Source: Balanoglossus misakiensis (Eukaryota > Animalia > Hemichordata). Taken from it: DNA of 64,000 nucleotides. Each line of letters opens with the position of its first letter. Position 1 is the first letter of the stretch. Location of the stretch: the NCBI GenBank assembly GCA_040954595.2, contig CM082582.2, positions 8,000,063 through 8,064,062 on the forward strand, in the 5' to 3' direction. Under the pieces are notes generated by a model, which saw nothing but the letters and a program-made list of their open reading frames with translations, was not told where the DNA came from and searched no databases. This document shows, piece after piece, positions 23,901 to 37,545 of the stretch. A program made the translations under genes and the position numbers.

Positions 23901-26900
23901 TTTTATCGGTTACTAAAATTAGCCGAAATGCGAGTTTCCATCTATTTTATTATAATTTCTTTCCGTTTTAATCGACGCCCTCCTTGTTCCCGTAAGTGCA
24001 CAATCTGTTGGTATTCGAAAGGAAACGGGCTAAAACGGAAATAAGTGGAAATGGTTTTTACTAGTGACTTTATTGCGGAGCCCACACACATATACGCAGC
24101 TTTAGTATTTTGTGAATCGTTGCCATTTTGTGATCATTCGACGAATGCGCGCAGGGTGACGATATTCGCGTCCTATTTGAAAGAGGTATTTCAAGTAGTA
24201 CGCGCACACTTCCCTTTATAAAGTCATTTATAAGATGGAAATGGGACTTGTAATTTCCTCCGCGAATCTATATTTAGGTGATGGCGAACTCCATTACCCT
24301 TTGATGTTTTTCCAAATGTAAAATGAGGTGTATTCCCCTGCCCGTTGAAGACGTTTTGTCCGAGTTTTTAATGCTGCCAGCGCTAGTCAGCGTTGACGAC
24401 AAAGACTCGCGCTCACAGGGATGTAGTTTCGACCACGGGTGGAGTTCGAAGGTCACTGACGCACTTCCCAAGTCGACTCGCCCAATTCCGGAAAGGCGAG
24501 CGAGAACGGAGGGATAATTTGACGCTCTGCTCGTCAGAGTTGGCCGCTGCTAGTAACACCCCACTGATCAATTTGTTTCCAGTTAACGTGGAGAGGTAAA
24601 GGCTTGGTCCAAATTGAATTACTCTGAAACAGAGTCTGTCAGCTTGATTGAAGGCACTCTGCGACACTGTCTAAGTGCTAGATTTTATAAGCTCCGGGTG
24701 CGAGGATTAATTCCACGCACTTATTTCCTACGGTGGCGATTAACGCGTTCTGTTTCGACGTGTAACACATTTAACTCAACCTAATTCGCCGGACTCTATT
24801 CCTTTTTTGCGTGTTAATGTTGAACAGGGCTCGCTCCTGCGTGCGGACCCTAAGTTAAAGGACGACCAGCGGACCCCGGGAGTCTAAGCTCCAGGGTACG
24901 TGTTCCACTAACACGTTTCCCACGTGGTCCATAAAACACGTTGGTCTGTCGGCTTTGACCGTGCTCGAGAAACGGGAAAAGGCGTCGAACTATTGGTTTG
25001 AAAAAAAAATGTATGTTTCCCATTGATGATGAAGTGAAGATAACGTGTTGTGCATTATGACTTTCTATAGGAAACTTGGCACATTAGCTACATTTCCCGG
25101 CCTGCCCTTCGGGTGTAACTTTTCATCACACATGATTAGTATTTCGCTTCGTGATTTTAATCTCTTCCCTTTTATTCAACACGAACAATTCATTGCAGAG
25201 TGTTACTTTCTTCTTTTATGTTCTTCACGTGCACTCCAGAGGCTACAAGAGCACGAATAATACAGCTAAATCTGCTGTCTTCATATATATTTGATCAGGT
25301 TTTTTTATGTTCGAGAGGGGGCCATAGTCAAGGCGCAGCTAGTTCATCAGAACAAAACACGTGCAAAGTAAAACAATACCGACAACAATAGAACACAATA
25401 GATGTATTATACTTTATCCATTTCAACGATTGCCTATACGCAATTTACAATTGATACTGAAAAATCGTCGTAAAGTTCGAACAAATTTACGATGATTGCG
25501 CGAAATCTCTGTGCCCGAATTTCCCGCGCACCGCCTTGGAAAATTTGGTTGCACGAAAGATGGGTCTTCCTGGCACAGCGTGATTTCAGTTGAAGTGAGT
25601 TTTTTTTCCACGACAAATATTGCGCTTCCAGCACCGATTCCAATATTGTAAAAGCTGTTGCGGTTTCGCTCGGTGGTGTTTCCTGACAGCAGGTATTGAA
25701 TAGATATGGGGAGTCACGTGACCACAGGTGCAATCATCTGCAACTTTAATAGAAAGACCACGTGTTCCATCTGATATCGGCCTCTCCATTTCGAAAATAT
25801 GACACCATGAAGATTTACACTCGCGAATGGCACTCAAACGGGCCGAAGCAGAGAAAGAGAAATAAAAAAGTGTAGTCTTCAGTAGACAAGGGCGGGAAAT
25901 CTCAGAGTCGGCTCGTCGTATATAGGTCAGTAATGAGTAAATTACCTGGCGTGGAAATGAAAGGTGCGCAGACATAAACCAAATTCTGCCGACTGCCGCT
26001 CCCCCATCGCGTTGACGCACATCGCCGGCAAAGTTATTTCCACGAGGATGTGTATGGGATCACTGGGTGCGCGTGAGCTTCCTCGGCGTCTCGTCAAGTA
26101 TTTATTTTTATATTCCCTTTTATGATCCGAGTTTAGAGTATTAAAGACGGTGGGTTGATTCAGCTTGCATGTTTAATAACCCAGGTAACTTTGCCGAGTG
26201 ACAGATGACACCCGTCGCACGCTGTTCTTGTCAAAAATTCTCGTCCGCAATCTTTCGAGGATAGCAACATAGTTTCCTTTTTATCTAGGATGATTAATGT
26301 CGCCATAAACCCCGATTTAATGAACATTCGCCTTTCGCGACGACAATAATTGCGCCCTGAATCCGTAGTGGAAACCAGGCCGGCATAGGTGTATGTAGCC
26401 ATTGACACTGAATTGATGTGAAGGTCATTTCGTGATCACCCAGAAAACACAATTGTATTTGCCTCTGAAAAGATAAGCGATGTTGTAACGGGTTTGGGGT
26501 GCGTATCTTCATCACACGACGCAACGATCAGATCTTGGTTGGTGGTTCCGATGCATTGACTGTTCAGTCCTGCTGTGGTCAAAGCTAATGTCTTATCAAA
26601 GCTTATCACCCTTTTCGTAGGAAAGAAAATTGCAATGGAAACTGACATAACTTTCTGACTTTTGGGCAGACCTCTATTGCGTATACAATAGAGTGTCAAA
26701 AGAGAAAATGCAGCTTTTCTTGTCAAGTCAACCAAGGATAACTGATTTTGTGTTTAGCTAATCATTGTTGTTCGCGTGAATTAGAACGGCAACGCCGTCG
26801 AGCTCCGGGCTAAAGTGTTGCGTGCAAAACGCACGTTGTAATGACTTACAATTATTAGCAGAGTCACCCAAGCACATTACCTTCACCTGCAACGAAGTAT

Positions 26901-27552
26901 GTGAATTCCGTTGCTATGGCGAATGATAAACCGGTGCCAAAGCAAAGCTGAAAAGTCAATGATTTACTGTTCATGTCATTACCTATACTACAAAGATCAA
27001 TTCTAAATCACGGAGCTGCTTTATTCCCCATTTTCACACGTCGGAAGGTGTCTCGATTGCGTGCCGCGCTTCAAAGTAGTCGCTCTAAAACTGAAAATGA
27101 AGTTTCCTTTTAAATGCATTGATTTGTATCCGCGATAACCACGTGCCGGGATTAAATGCAGCGAGCGTCGCGTTAGCAGCCTCGCTCAGTATTCGCGGAG
27201 ATTCTGCGCCTGGGATTTCTATCGCTGGAAACTATCTCACCGAAGTGGAGATGCGCCCCCCCCCCCAAATAAATGTATGACGTCTCGTCTGCCTTATCGG
27301 TTTCTGGTCATGAGGAGGACCCGACCTTATCGCTTTGACCCAAATGCGCAATTTAAGTTGAAGCAATTGAGGCCAGTGCACAATGGGCCACTTTGACTTT
27401 GAGAGTGGCCAGGGGGATGTACGAAATTAACCCGACTTCTCTCAGACCGTGGCACTCGCTACTGGAAACATTGCAGAATCGTATTTGGGCGATTTTTTTT
27501 TATAAACTCATCTTCTGAAAAAGAAGGTCTTCGTTTCTTTAGATTGGCTGTG

Positions 27553-27615
27553 AATAACAACAACAACAACAACAATCCTCCTCCTCCTCCTCCTCCTCAT
27601 CATCATCACCATCAT
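27553..27615. repeat. Compound trinucleotide microsatellite (AAC)n(CCT)n(CAT)n
   Basis: Three in-register triplet tracts abut directly. Confidence 0.9.
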
Positions 27616-30600
27616 CGTTGATGAATGGGTGTGCAAACATTAATTAAGGCCATAGTCATTCAAGCGAGGCGTCTTTTATTTACTAGAGTGGGCATTTACT
27701 TGTTAATTATAATTACACAGCGAAATGCGATTAACCATTTCGGTTTTCAGCACTTCTTAATATCTAAATATAAAAGGTAGTGAATATTTTATACTCGCAG
27801 TTCGAGTTGTTTAAATTGTAATTTGGTCCAACGTCTGAATTTGTGAACTCGTGGAACTCGTTCGTTGCCAGGGCTACGCGCCTCCGCGGTCACCCATGGG
27901 TCAAAGTACTTCACTGTAGCCCGAATAACCGAGAGTGAGACTAATAGAATTTTTTTCTCGTTTGTTCATATTCCCTGACAGCAAGAAGACGTGTCATCAG
28001 CGGCGTTTATCGGGACGATTACGCAGGGCTGCGGTCGATCTCTCAGCATCCAAGTGTTGTCAAGCGTCCGGAGCATGCAAAGTAAGTGGATTCTTAATTC
28101 ATTTCAGTTTTAAAATCTGCCATGTTGTCGTTCATTCCGTAAGTATGCTTCCGATCGCGCATACCCCCCCCCCGGAGCCATTCCTCGAAAGCCCCAACGG
28201 GCTAAGGTGCTTTACGCATCGACCGGTCTGCGGTTCTGGGGACCAAAGTTCCCGTTCTACTTTCAAGATTCGTTCGCTCGCGTGAATATTTAATCGTTGT
28301 AATCCATACCATCCGGGCATTCGTGCGCTTTTGTTTACTAAAATAGATTCAAGAACTAGAATGATTCAACAAAGTGGTAGACAAGCTCAATCACCAGAGC
28401 TCGATTATACAGTTTGATTTGAGCACGAGATATTCTCAAATATAAACTGCATACTTTGTGTTCAATAATACTCAGGGCTTTTAAAGGAGACGTGGGTGTG
28501 CAAACTGATTTATCTTCTAATAGTATTAGATATGCGTGTTAGACGGCCTAGGTGGGTCATTTGTTCCGCTGCTCTGGCTGACTTTAAGCATTGACGTAAA
28601 TAAAGGATAGTTCATTTGAGAAGGGATTCATAAATGGCATGTCAGGTTTGCTTTTGTTGCAGTGTGCGTCAACATGTACAGTGACGTGTGTTGGATAGCC
28701 ATAAATTGAGAACATTTTGTCAGGTTTTGTGTATTCGTAAAAGAAAACTAAACAAAAGGATCGACCTTTGTAAAATTGAATAAATAATTAATATCCATTA
28801 TTGTACTGAGCTGTAAAGGAAATGTTGTCTTTTTGGGTGTAGTTCATTATCGATAATGATTTCCAGTACTTTTTCTGATAATGGCCGTCGGTTGGCAGTT
28901 ATTGTAGTACGGTACTAATGCGCGGAACTATAGTAATTGTTGAAGATCTAAAACCATTAGCATCATATTTCTTTGTGGTTTTATCCATAATTCAATGATC
29001 ATATCTCATCTTACGTTTTTGTAAATGTGGCTATATGTGACATGCATGCAAGCTACGACTGCTTGTTAAGCGAAAACAGGGGAATTTCAAGGCATTGATG
29101 GAAAGTTCTGAAAGTTCAAGGAACTTCGACGCAAAATAACTGTAAACACGCAAGTAACACCTTTTGGTAAAAACCGACCTTTTGGACAATTCAAGTTGTC
29201 AAATTGCGACCAGCCTCGCCAAAATGTATTCATTTGTGTTGCTAAATGCCAGATGTCGCCCGGTCTCAACACCGGTGCAATGCTACTGTAAACGGATGCT
29301 TTCGTCCTGCCCAGACTGTCGGTGTCGTCTGCACGTTGTCCTCCATCTTCTGGATAGCTCTCGCTGATGGTGTCCCGCGCACCATAACTCACTGGGCATT
29401 TTAATCCTCTAACAGGTGTGTGGCAGATTCATTGCATTTAGGTTTTCACGCAATACAAGTCCGTCTGGCAGGTCGTCGACGCCATGTACAACCGGCGTCG
29501 CAAATTGTGTAGAATCAACCAGGCCATGTATATCGTCACAATCGACAACGCTTATCCCGGCACGTTTCGTTAAACGTCTTTTATGACCCAAAACGTGTTT
29601 ATCATGATCACAGTTTATACCTGCAAAGTTCGTTTTGTTATTGCCTCGTTAAACATATTTTACCACCTCGTTAAATACTAGTATACACCCGTCCCTATTT
29701 TCAACTCGGCGTCTGTCATGTTAGCTACTGCGCAGTGGCAAATATACAGTGCTCGACCACAAGTATAATGTCTGCTTTCCCGCCCTTCTGTGATTCACCC
29801 CTCGGGGTTTCAACCTTGGTTGAATGCAAGATGTACCCTTCTCTCATAGTGTGCCCGTGCCTACTAGATCAAAGCGTCCGCGCCAGGGAACGCGCTATCA
29901 TTAAAACTGACGAACCCGCTACGGTTGTTGTTTATGATATTTAGAGACAAGGGGTAGCGGTGCTTTCCACACTACCACCTAGGTATTCGAATTACGACTT
30001 CGCATTTACGTCACGCAGTTTTTGTTTTATGGATATCAGGACTTTTTCTACCGGGAAGACGCCATAAAGCTCTATATGGTTGGTGCCATCTCTCTGCCAT
30101 ATCCATAATTTACTGCGACCATCACTGGAGTATAAATAGGCGCAGTATACATAAACTGTAATTTACATACTTGTACCACCACCCCTTTTCATTAACCATG
30201 GTTTCCACGTTTATTCTGCAAAAATCGTGATTTGTTGAAGCTCTCGGTTTTCGGTTTGTCGACCCGGCATGTGCGGTTAAGTTCACTGTTGTCATGTCTC
30301 TGTAAGACACGTTGTTTATATGCCATCAGAACTGGTTCGGACAAACAGGAAAGAGAACAATAATTTGTTACTAAATTGATGAAATTCATTACTCATTGCT
30401 AGATCTTAATTTCCGGTATCCCTCTGACAGATTCGCTGCGCCATTATTTCGGACGAAATTCGTTTAACTCCCTGGCCGGTTATCCCCTGGAAAGAACAAA
30501 AGGTTATATTATTTCGGTCGGATTTGGGGAAACTCGTGGCGAATTTATCATACGTTAGGCGTGCCATCTCACTTTCTACACCTTTTAGTCTGTATTTCGA

Positions 30601-33600
30601 TATAGAAGTAATGCATCGAATAACAATCGAAGCAAAGGATGATTCTTGTGGCCATGGCTTTCGGACTCAAAATGGAGTAAGTGATACAACGAGGCTTTAA
30701 TATAAACTAAAGTAGGTTGATTACGTTTCCTGCTTCCGTCTTTCCTGGATGGTTGTGGTCACTTCCTTCCCCGGCATGGAATTTGCGTACACCAATTTTG
30801 TTCCGTCCCTTCGCAAACGCCAAACGCACGTTTCCAGCGATTGGACACCCTAAGATAATACAAATTAATACAAATTTGTTTTTAATAGCAGCTAAATTTC
30901 AAATTCCAACAGCCCCCGATTGCAAAAAAAAACAACAACATTTATCTGCCGTCGTTAGACCCGAAATATATAGTTTTTATACCGTGATCAGTTTTGAAAC
31001 ATTCATCTGTCAGCCACTAAATAGTTAGCAGTTCTTGCTCTCTCCGCTCGAGGCTACACTTTGCCGCGATTACGATGAGTTTTGGAGAGGGCTTGAGCGC
31101 CTTTTGTAGCACTTGGCGCCGTGCACGTGTGCGTCTTGGCTGATTAGCGAGAGTGCATCTCTCTTTCTCCGTTAATCATAGAAACAAAATTCACCAACGG
31201 ACGTCCTCAACCCGCCAGTTTTTGTAACATGCAATCGGAGTCCGCCGGCAAGAGCAGCTTAGAATACAGTTCGATCATTACTCGATGCCAGCAAAATTGT
31301 TGTCGTCTCAGCAAACATGACAAACCAGGTGTTTAGCTTTGTATGGCTGGCGATATCAAAACAGATGAGCTGAATAACTGTGCGTGTCGTATGGTCAACA
31401 GTAGACGGGCAGGTGCCTTCGACACATCTACAGAAATGTGCTCGTGGGTGTGTTATTTCTTTAAAGGGGATGGTCGCCTGAACGGCACATGCGCGACTTT
31501 TCTGTTTAAATCCACATCGTCGGCATTGTTTCCATTGAGACCCAGCCAATAAATACATGTTGAAGTACATGTAACTTGGAATGTGATAAAAAGTAAGGAG
31601 GCATTGTTTGCCATGATGTAAGAGCAAATATAAAGTAGCAGCCATATTGTTTCCAATGGTGTACATTGTATCAGTTCCACTTTTCACTATTTTTACTCGT
31701 TACCCAGTCAACTGTGCCATATGTTAACATAGATGAATGACGTACCATATTTTAGCCGAGTGACGATAGAAATGATGAAAACGGTTTCATTCTATTTGGC
31801 AGACATACCCAGAATTTACTGATCTTTATAACATTGTGCTCTGACGAGAAGTTAGAGACCAACCCAAATTTTTAAAACTGTAAACGCCCTCCTCCACCAA
31901 TGCAAGTTGCATTTAAAACTGTGTGATATTTCATCAGATCCATCTAGCATGGCGTCCGTGTATTGTTTTTGGCGGCGTCACTGTGTCGTTTATGGTAAAG
32001 CCATGTTCAGCTGATTTTTCAGACTTATTATTCACATAACATGCGGTCTTCTACCTCTATTCAATCTACAGTACTCCTTGACCTAAACCTGCTTACAAAA
32101 TTTGACATTTATTTTCTGAAGAATTTCCTCTCCTGTACCATTTTCGTTTCCCTTTTCATTGGCGGGTCGACCGGTCACCGCTTTTCCCGCGCGCCAAAAG
32201 AAAAAAGTCAATCTTTATTGAAAGTCGTTTGCAGTTACAGTGTTTCTTTCGTGGGAATAGATAGAATTGAAGATTGGCATTTAAAATTCAAAAATGTTCG
32301 CTCAATGTAGGGCAAATCTCATGCCACGGTAATGAGTGAGGATTGTCTGTTGGTTTCTATTATTGCCATGGGAAGCACGTAGAGTAATGCAATTCAATTG
32401 GACTGGATGTAAATGTCAAATACACAATTTTTCCTCGATTATCATTTCTCCTTCCACTTAGTTTCATTTCTGGGAGCAACTATCTCCGGAATGATCTAGA
32501 AGTATTAAAATCAGAAGCGTTTGAGGCAAAGCAAACAGAATTATCTCTGCATTAAACAAATATGCATCCTGAAAAGAATGTAGGAAATGTACACTTCCCC
32601 TTTTTAAGAGATGTGTCTGAAGTCATTCTATCTAAACTAATTAATTATATTTGCATTAATAGCGAAGAGAAGGTTACCCGTAATATTTCTAAATAGCGCA
32701 TTACGCCTTTTTGTGTATTCAGGCCAAAATTAGTTTCCGGCCATTAAAGAGATACACATATTACATGTGACTGCATGAGCTGTGCCTACGGTCCGTTCAA
32801 CACAGAAAGACAGACAACTTAATCAGATTACTCGCAATGAAAACTCTGAAAATAATATCACCTTGCGGTTGTATTGATTGTAAAATACGACCAAATGATT
32901 TGTTTGGATTTCGCCGTCGATGGCAACATTGCCTGGTCGAGATTATTTTTTATGAGCGCGGCATCTGGAGATGACAGGTCGGTGAAAGTTTGGACCGCTT
33001 TTGTTGCGCTATGTGTCATTGCATTAGCATTGTACGAGTACTTGCTGACTTGTAGGTCATGTGCTGGAACCGTGAGGGCTCCCACGAAAACAAACACACG
33101 ATAGTGTCATAGACGGCTGACGTTGTCATGGTAACTGGACAAGCCACCCAAGGTGGTCGATAGATGTGTTGCATGAGATCAACTGCATAGAATTACATGT
33201 GCCAGATACATTCATTTTTTCTGTGTTAAATTGGAAACCGACACCATTGGTACTAAAAATGTCAATTCCAAGGTGTGAAAACATGTAAATGATACCTCAG
33301 TCAATAGAATAAGTTCATATTCACACTCTCTCAATTATATATTAACAGACATCGTAAACTGAGCTCAACGCGATGTATCCCCACGAGCTCCCGTGTTCTC
33401 GCACAGTGGGCTGTGTCATAATCATATGTGTCTGGTCTTGTTCCTGACCCAAATTTGCCGCTGGCTGTGCTGTTATATGAATAGCGTCAATTTTTGGCCA
33501 ACATTTTGGGTAAAATGACCATCCCATAACGTCAAAATCATATGACATATATGGCGTGTATGTTCATCATTTGAAATTTGGAATAATCGCATCTGAAAAA

Positions 33601-36600
33601 TTATATAATAGCTAACCAATACACTTGATTCCTTGACCAAAGTTAGCCACGATAAACATGAACACAGATAAATCTAAGAATGACAATCCCATTAATGTTT
33701 AATAGATTACATTGTGTTACTTTGCCATGCTGTGTACAACTCGTTGGTAAATCAGTGGCACGTTCCTTCCTGAACACGGGAGCACGTTTGTATCCATTCT
33801 TGCCTGCTGATGCAGAAAGCTGCAGGCGATGCGGTAAAAGATCTAAGGCACAGTAGGTGTGACGTGCCGTTACAAAAAGAACATTTTGTTCGAGGTGTTG
33901 CGCGACGTGCCATATTAGGCCTACTCCATTCAAATAAGGCTATAAGTTTCATGTCACATATTACAGTACGCGTTCAGAATCATGTTTGTATCGATCTGCG
34001 ATCATTTTATAACACGAAGTACTCAGAGTCAATTCTCTTTAAAATTTACACTTTATATATTCCAGTACATGGGCGGGTATTTTCCCCATACTTTCAACTT
34101 AATGGCATTTTTAAACGGCCAGTCCCCGGTCAAAAGGCAGACCCTTGAATTTTCATAAGCATTAAAATCGCAATGATAACATTCGTTTTTGCCTAAAATG
34201 TGTAACTTATAGATGCAATGAATCTACGACCGAGTTTTATCAATGCTCGAACGCAAGAGCCCAATGGCACACATAAATACAGACGCGAACGGCGTAAAGA
34301 CGTGTGGCTGGTTAAATGATTGCTAAACACGAGCTCTAGTTTATGTGGGGGTAATACCCTCCAGAAGGTTTAAGAACACCTCCAAGCGATATATTTGCAT
34401 AGTCTGCTCGCCGTACGTGCATGGCAAAAGAAATTACCGCGTGTTTTCCGACTGGAGTTACACTCAATTACCACATCAATCTCCGCGAATACTTTACTGC
34501 TTCTTTATGAGTTTAATGAAACGCTTTCAAATTCAGTTTCTTTTCTATAAGGAGCATTGCACCAAATGCATATGTGAACATCGTATGTGTGGGATATTTT
34601 TACTTTCTCTATATTCATGTGGCCGGTGTCGGCAATTATGTTATATTCTTTCACGGCCAGTTGGACTGGTATTACCCGACCTTGAATCTATCACCATGGC
34701 ACACTTGTTCAATTTGTTCCAGAATAGGAAATAATGTGGCCATCTTTCGGCCTTTTAAAGCACTTCACTGTCGGCGCCAGACGTGCCCGGACAGATTTCT
34801 TCCAATATTGGAAGCGCAAACCTAAACCCAATACCAAATAACATGATCAAATATGGTAACAAGTCGGCCACTTTATTATATTACTAAGGCCCGCGCAATT
34901 ATTTAGACATGAATCAGTCAAAGATGGTGCGATATTAAACTCACTACTCCCACCGGAAGTGGCCGATACACGGAGAGGAATCAATATGGCCGCATCAGTT
35001 GTCAATTTAGAAAATATAAATATCCCGGTCCGATTTCTCTCAAATTTGATACCCTAAATAGCTGCAAGTTGGGCGTACCTTACACAAGTTGTGGCTGCAA
35101 CACTACACGTTTTACTTAAATGCGGGCACTAAGTTATCGACGATGACTTTGTAGTTGTACATACATGCACTGCAGAGCGAGTGGCGAAATCTTATCGACA
35201 CTGCCCCATAAACACATGCATTTCTGACGGATTTATTCCGGATCGGATTGGAGCAATGTGCCTTTTATGGTATGCTTAATCCCGTTCGTTCGCTGAATGA
35301 GTACCTATCATGGAGTGCGGCATAGGAAATATAACAACCACTGACATTTGCTTCCCATCGCCCTATTAAATTTGCAGTCGGCGAAGTTGCTTGCAAATTG
35401 GGCCATAAAAATTGCATTGTGTGCTTTTGGCGCAAATGATGGTCGTATCGTGTAATCGGGAAACAACCTCGTTAGACCGTCTTTGATTTGAACGGTTGTG
35501 ATAACTTCAACGTGTCATTTTTAATGCATTGATGGCCCGTCAACATTTGGTTTTGACCCTTCGCTAACCCCTGATGAGTGCGTGTAACGGTTTTCAGAAT
35601 TTTGTAGTCCAGTCGGAGTTGAAATTTCCAATTTTCCAATTTTCCGGTGCGTGATCTTTGGAGGGCGATTGACTTCATTTATATTCATCATATCATTTAT
35701 TATTTCGCCTTATACCTTGTCTCAACCCAACCAGTGCATGCTGAGTGGTCCCGTGTAAAATTCTATGGAGGCAACACACGTGTAGGCCCCCTAAGTTTTT
35801 CTGTTATCGTTCCCTCAGCTCAGAGACCAGTTTCAGTGGCCACAATTGTCGTCAGTCAAAATATCACATTTTGTAAAATGGCGTTTGGTAGCACTGTGAT
35901 TGTTTTTTGTCAAGGAAGAGCACATAAGCGGACCCCTTTCTCCAACAAGGAACTTCTGATTTCAAATTTACGAAGCCTTTCTGTTGGCCTAGAAACGAGT
36001 GAGACTGTTGTCAGACAGTGGATAGATAGACCTGTCAGATAGATAGACTTGATCGTAATCAAGCCGCATGTCGGCCTACACGGCAGATATGTCGTGTTGA
36101 CGTTGACTGAGGTTTCTGACAAAATTGATAACACGACGACGGTAAACTCGCCCTTCGTTGATACAAAGCCCGTTCTCATTATCTCAATTGCAGTTTATTG
36201 AAATTCGTACGCGCGGGAATTCGAGAGAATGTAAATCCCAGGGTCTACTCAGCCAAGTGTCGTTCAAACCGCCGATCATTATCAAAGTTTGAATTGTTCA
36301 CTGAAAATCGCCATCGAAGATTAGAAAATCCCTCCATCATATCGTTTTTTTGGCATTGTGCTGCTGTCTAGCGCGATGATTTACGGCGAGTTCTTCCCAG
36401 AAAGATATTTATCAGTATCAGAACCACGGAAGTGCCTCGGGAGCGGTGATTGGAAATAATCCGCCCATGTAATATCGATAGCCCGGGTTAATTTTTCAAG
36501 GAACGTGAAAGAACCGCCAGAGACAGTTATGTTAGTTAATATCCAAAGTTGTGTAACCGTCTTTGATAACCGCTAACATTTAATAGACATATTATTTATT

Positions 36601-37481
36601 TTATAGTATTCGAAGAAGAACTGAGAAAATTGATGAGATCTTAGGTCGTGACGTCATTTTTCTGACAGTTGCAGCTCATTGGCCTTTAATTGGCTTTGTT
36701 TCTTGAATACCCCCGTGACGATCAAAGACGCTTAGTCCAAGTAAATGACGTGTATTAGTCTTTCATAGGTTTTGGCATTTCACACCTTTGGCATTTAAAT
36801 CAACTGTATAACATAACTAGCGGAAATCCGATTTTCTTGTAGTTTTTCGCTACCATGACAACGTATTAAGATTATACCACAAGACAGTGGGATCTTTGAT
36901 GGATACCTCTCATACGGAGAAAGAGTCTTAGAATATATTTTGTCTTTTCATTGAAAATGCAATGATGCTAACGTATCCGCTAATTCCTCACACAACAATG
37001 GGCGTGATAATATTATTCCGGGTTGAGCTCACTTCAGGGGCGGGAGACGAAGCTTATCAACATATTCAAACTTTTTTTCTCTCTCCTAAACAACGGCGTT
37101 TAATACTGACAGCCCAGTCGTTAGGCAAAGGCGTAATATTCCAGCTCGATTCCAATTACTTTTCTTTCCGGTGAAAAGTCATTCGGTTTATGCTTTGTCA
37201 CATCCAGTATGTTGTCATAGCAACTATGTTGTCATGCTTGTAAGTATGACATAATAATAGGTGCGACGGCGTCTCGCACAAGAATCTGGATTCTTTACTA
37301 TCAATCACGTGATCTGGCCATGTGACCCACGGCGTTGTCATTTTCATATGACGGGCAAGCAATATTTCGGCATCCAGTAAACGTTTTTCCGAGTAAGCAT
37401 TTACTTTTAAAAATAGGCATTTTCATGCATAGCCGTGCTTCTTACCGAAAAATCGTGGTTCTTACGTTACGTTATATTTGG

Positions 37482-37545
37482 GATTGGCTAGATCTCAACT
37501 TTCCGTGGTAACTGTTGCAAAATGTTCGTATGTGACTGTGTCCCT
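37482..37545 (-). mobile_element. Family A MITE, terminal fragment
   Basis: Reverse complement reads TTAA|AGGGACACAGTCACATACGAACATTTTGCAACAGTTACCACGGAAAGTTGAGATCTAGCCAATC, matching 6875-6942. Confidence 0.7.

Noticed and set aside
27553-27615. Triplet tract readable as poly-Asn/Pro/His
   Set aside because: Closed by stops on both sides with no exon signals; a simple microsatellite.
29087-29591. Two adjacent minus-strand ORFs in a GC-richer patch
   Set aside because: No recognisable domain or transposon motif and no clear splice structure.
31465-31520. Another TTAA|AGG... possible Kolobok-like left end
   Set aside because: Only a short resemblance to the family A TIR; no right end or second copy in the window.
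32874-33104. ORF with WD40-like words (CLDFAVDG...SGDDRSVKVW)
   Set aside because: Single isolated motif with wrong spacing, no GH dipeptide, no neighbouring repeats and no convincing splice sites; probably chance.
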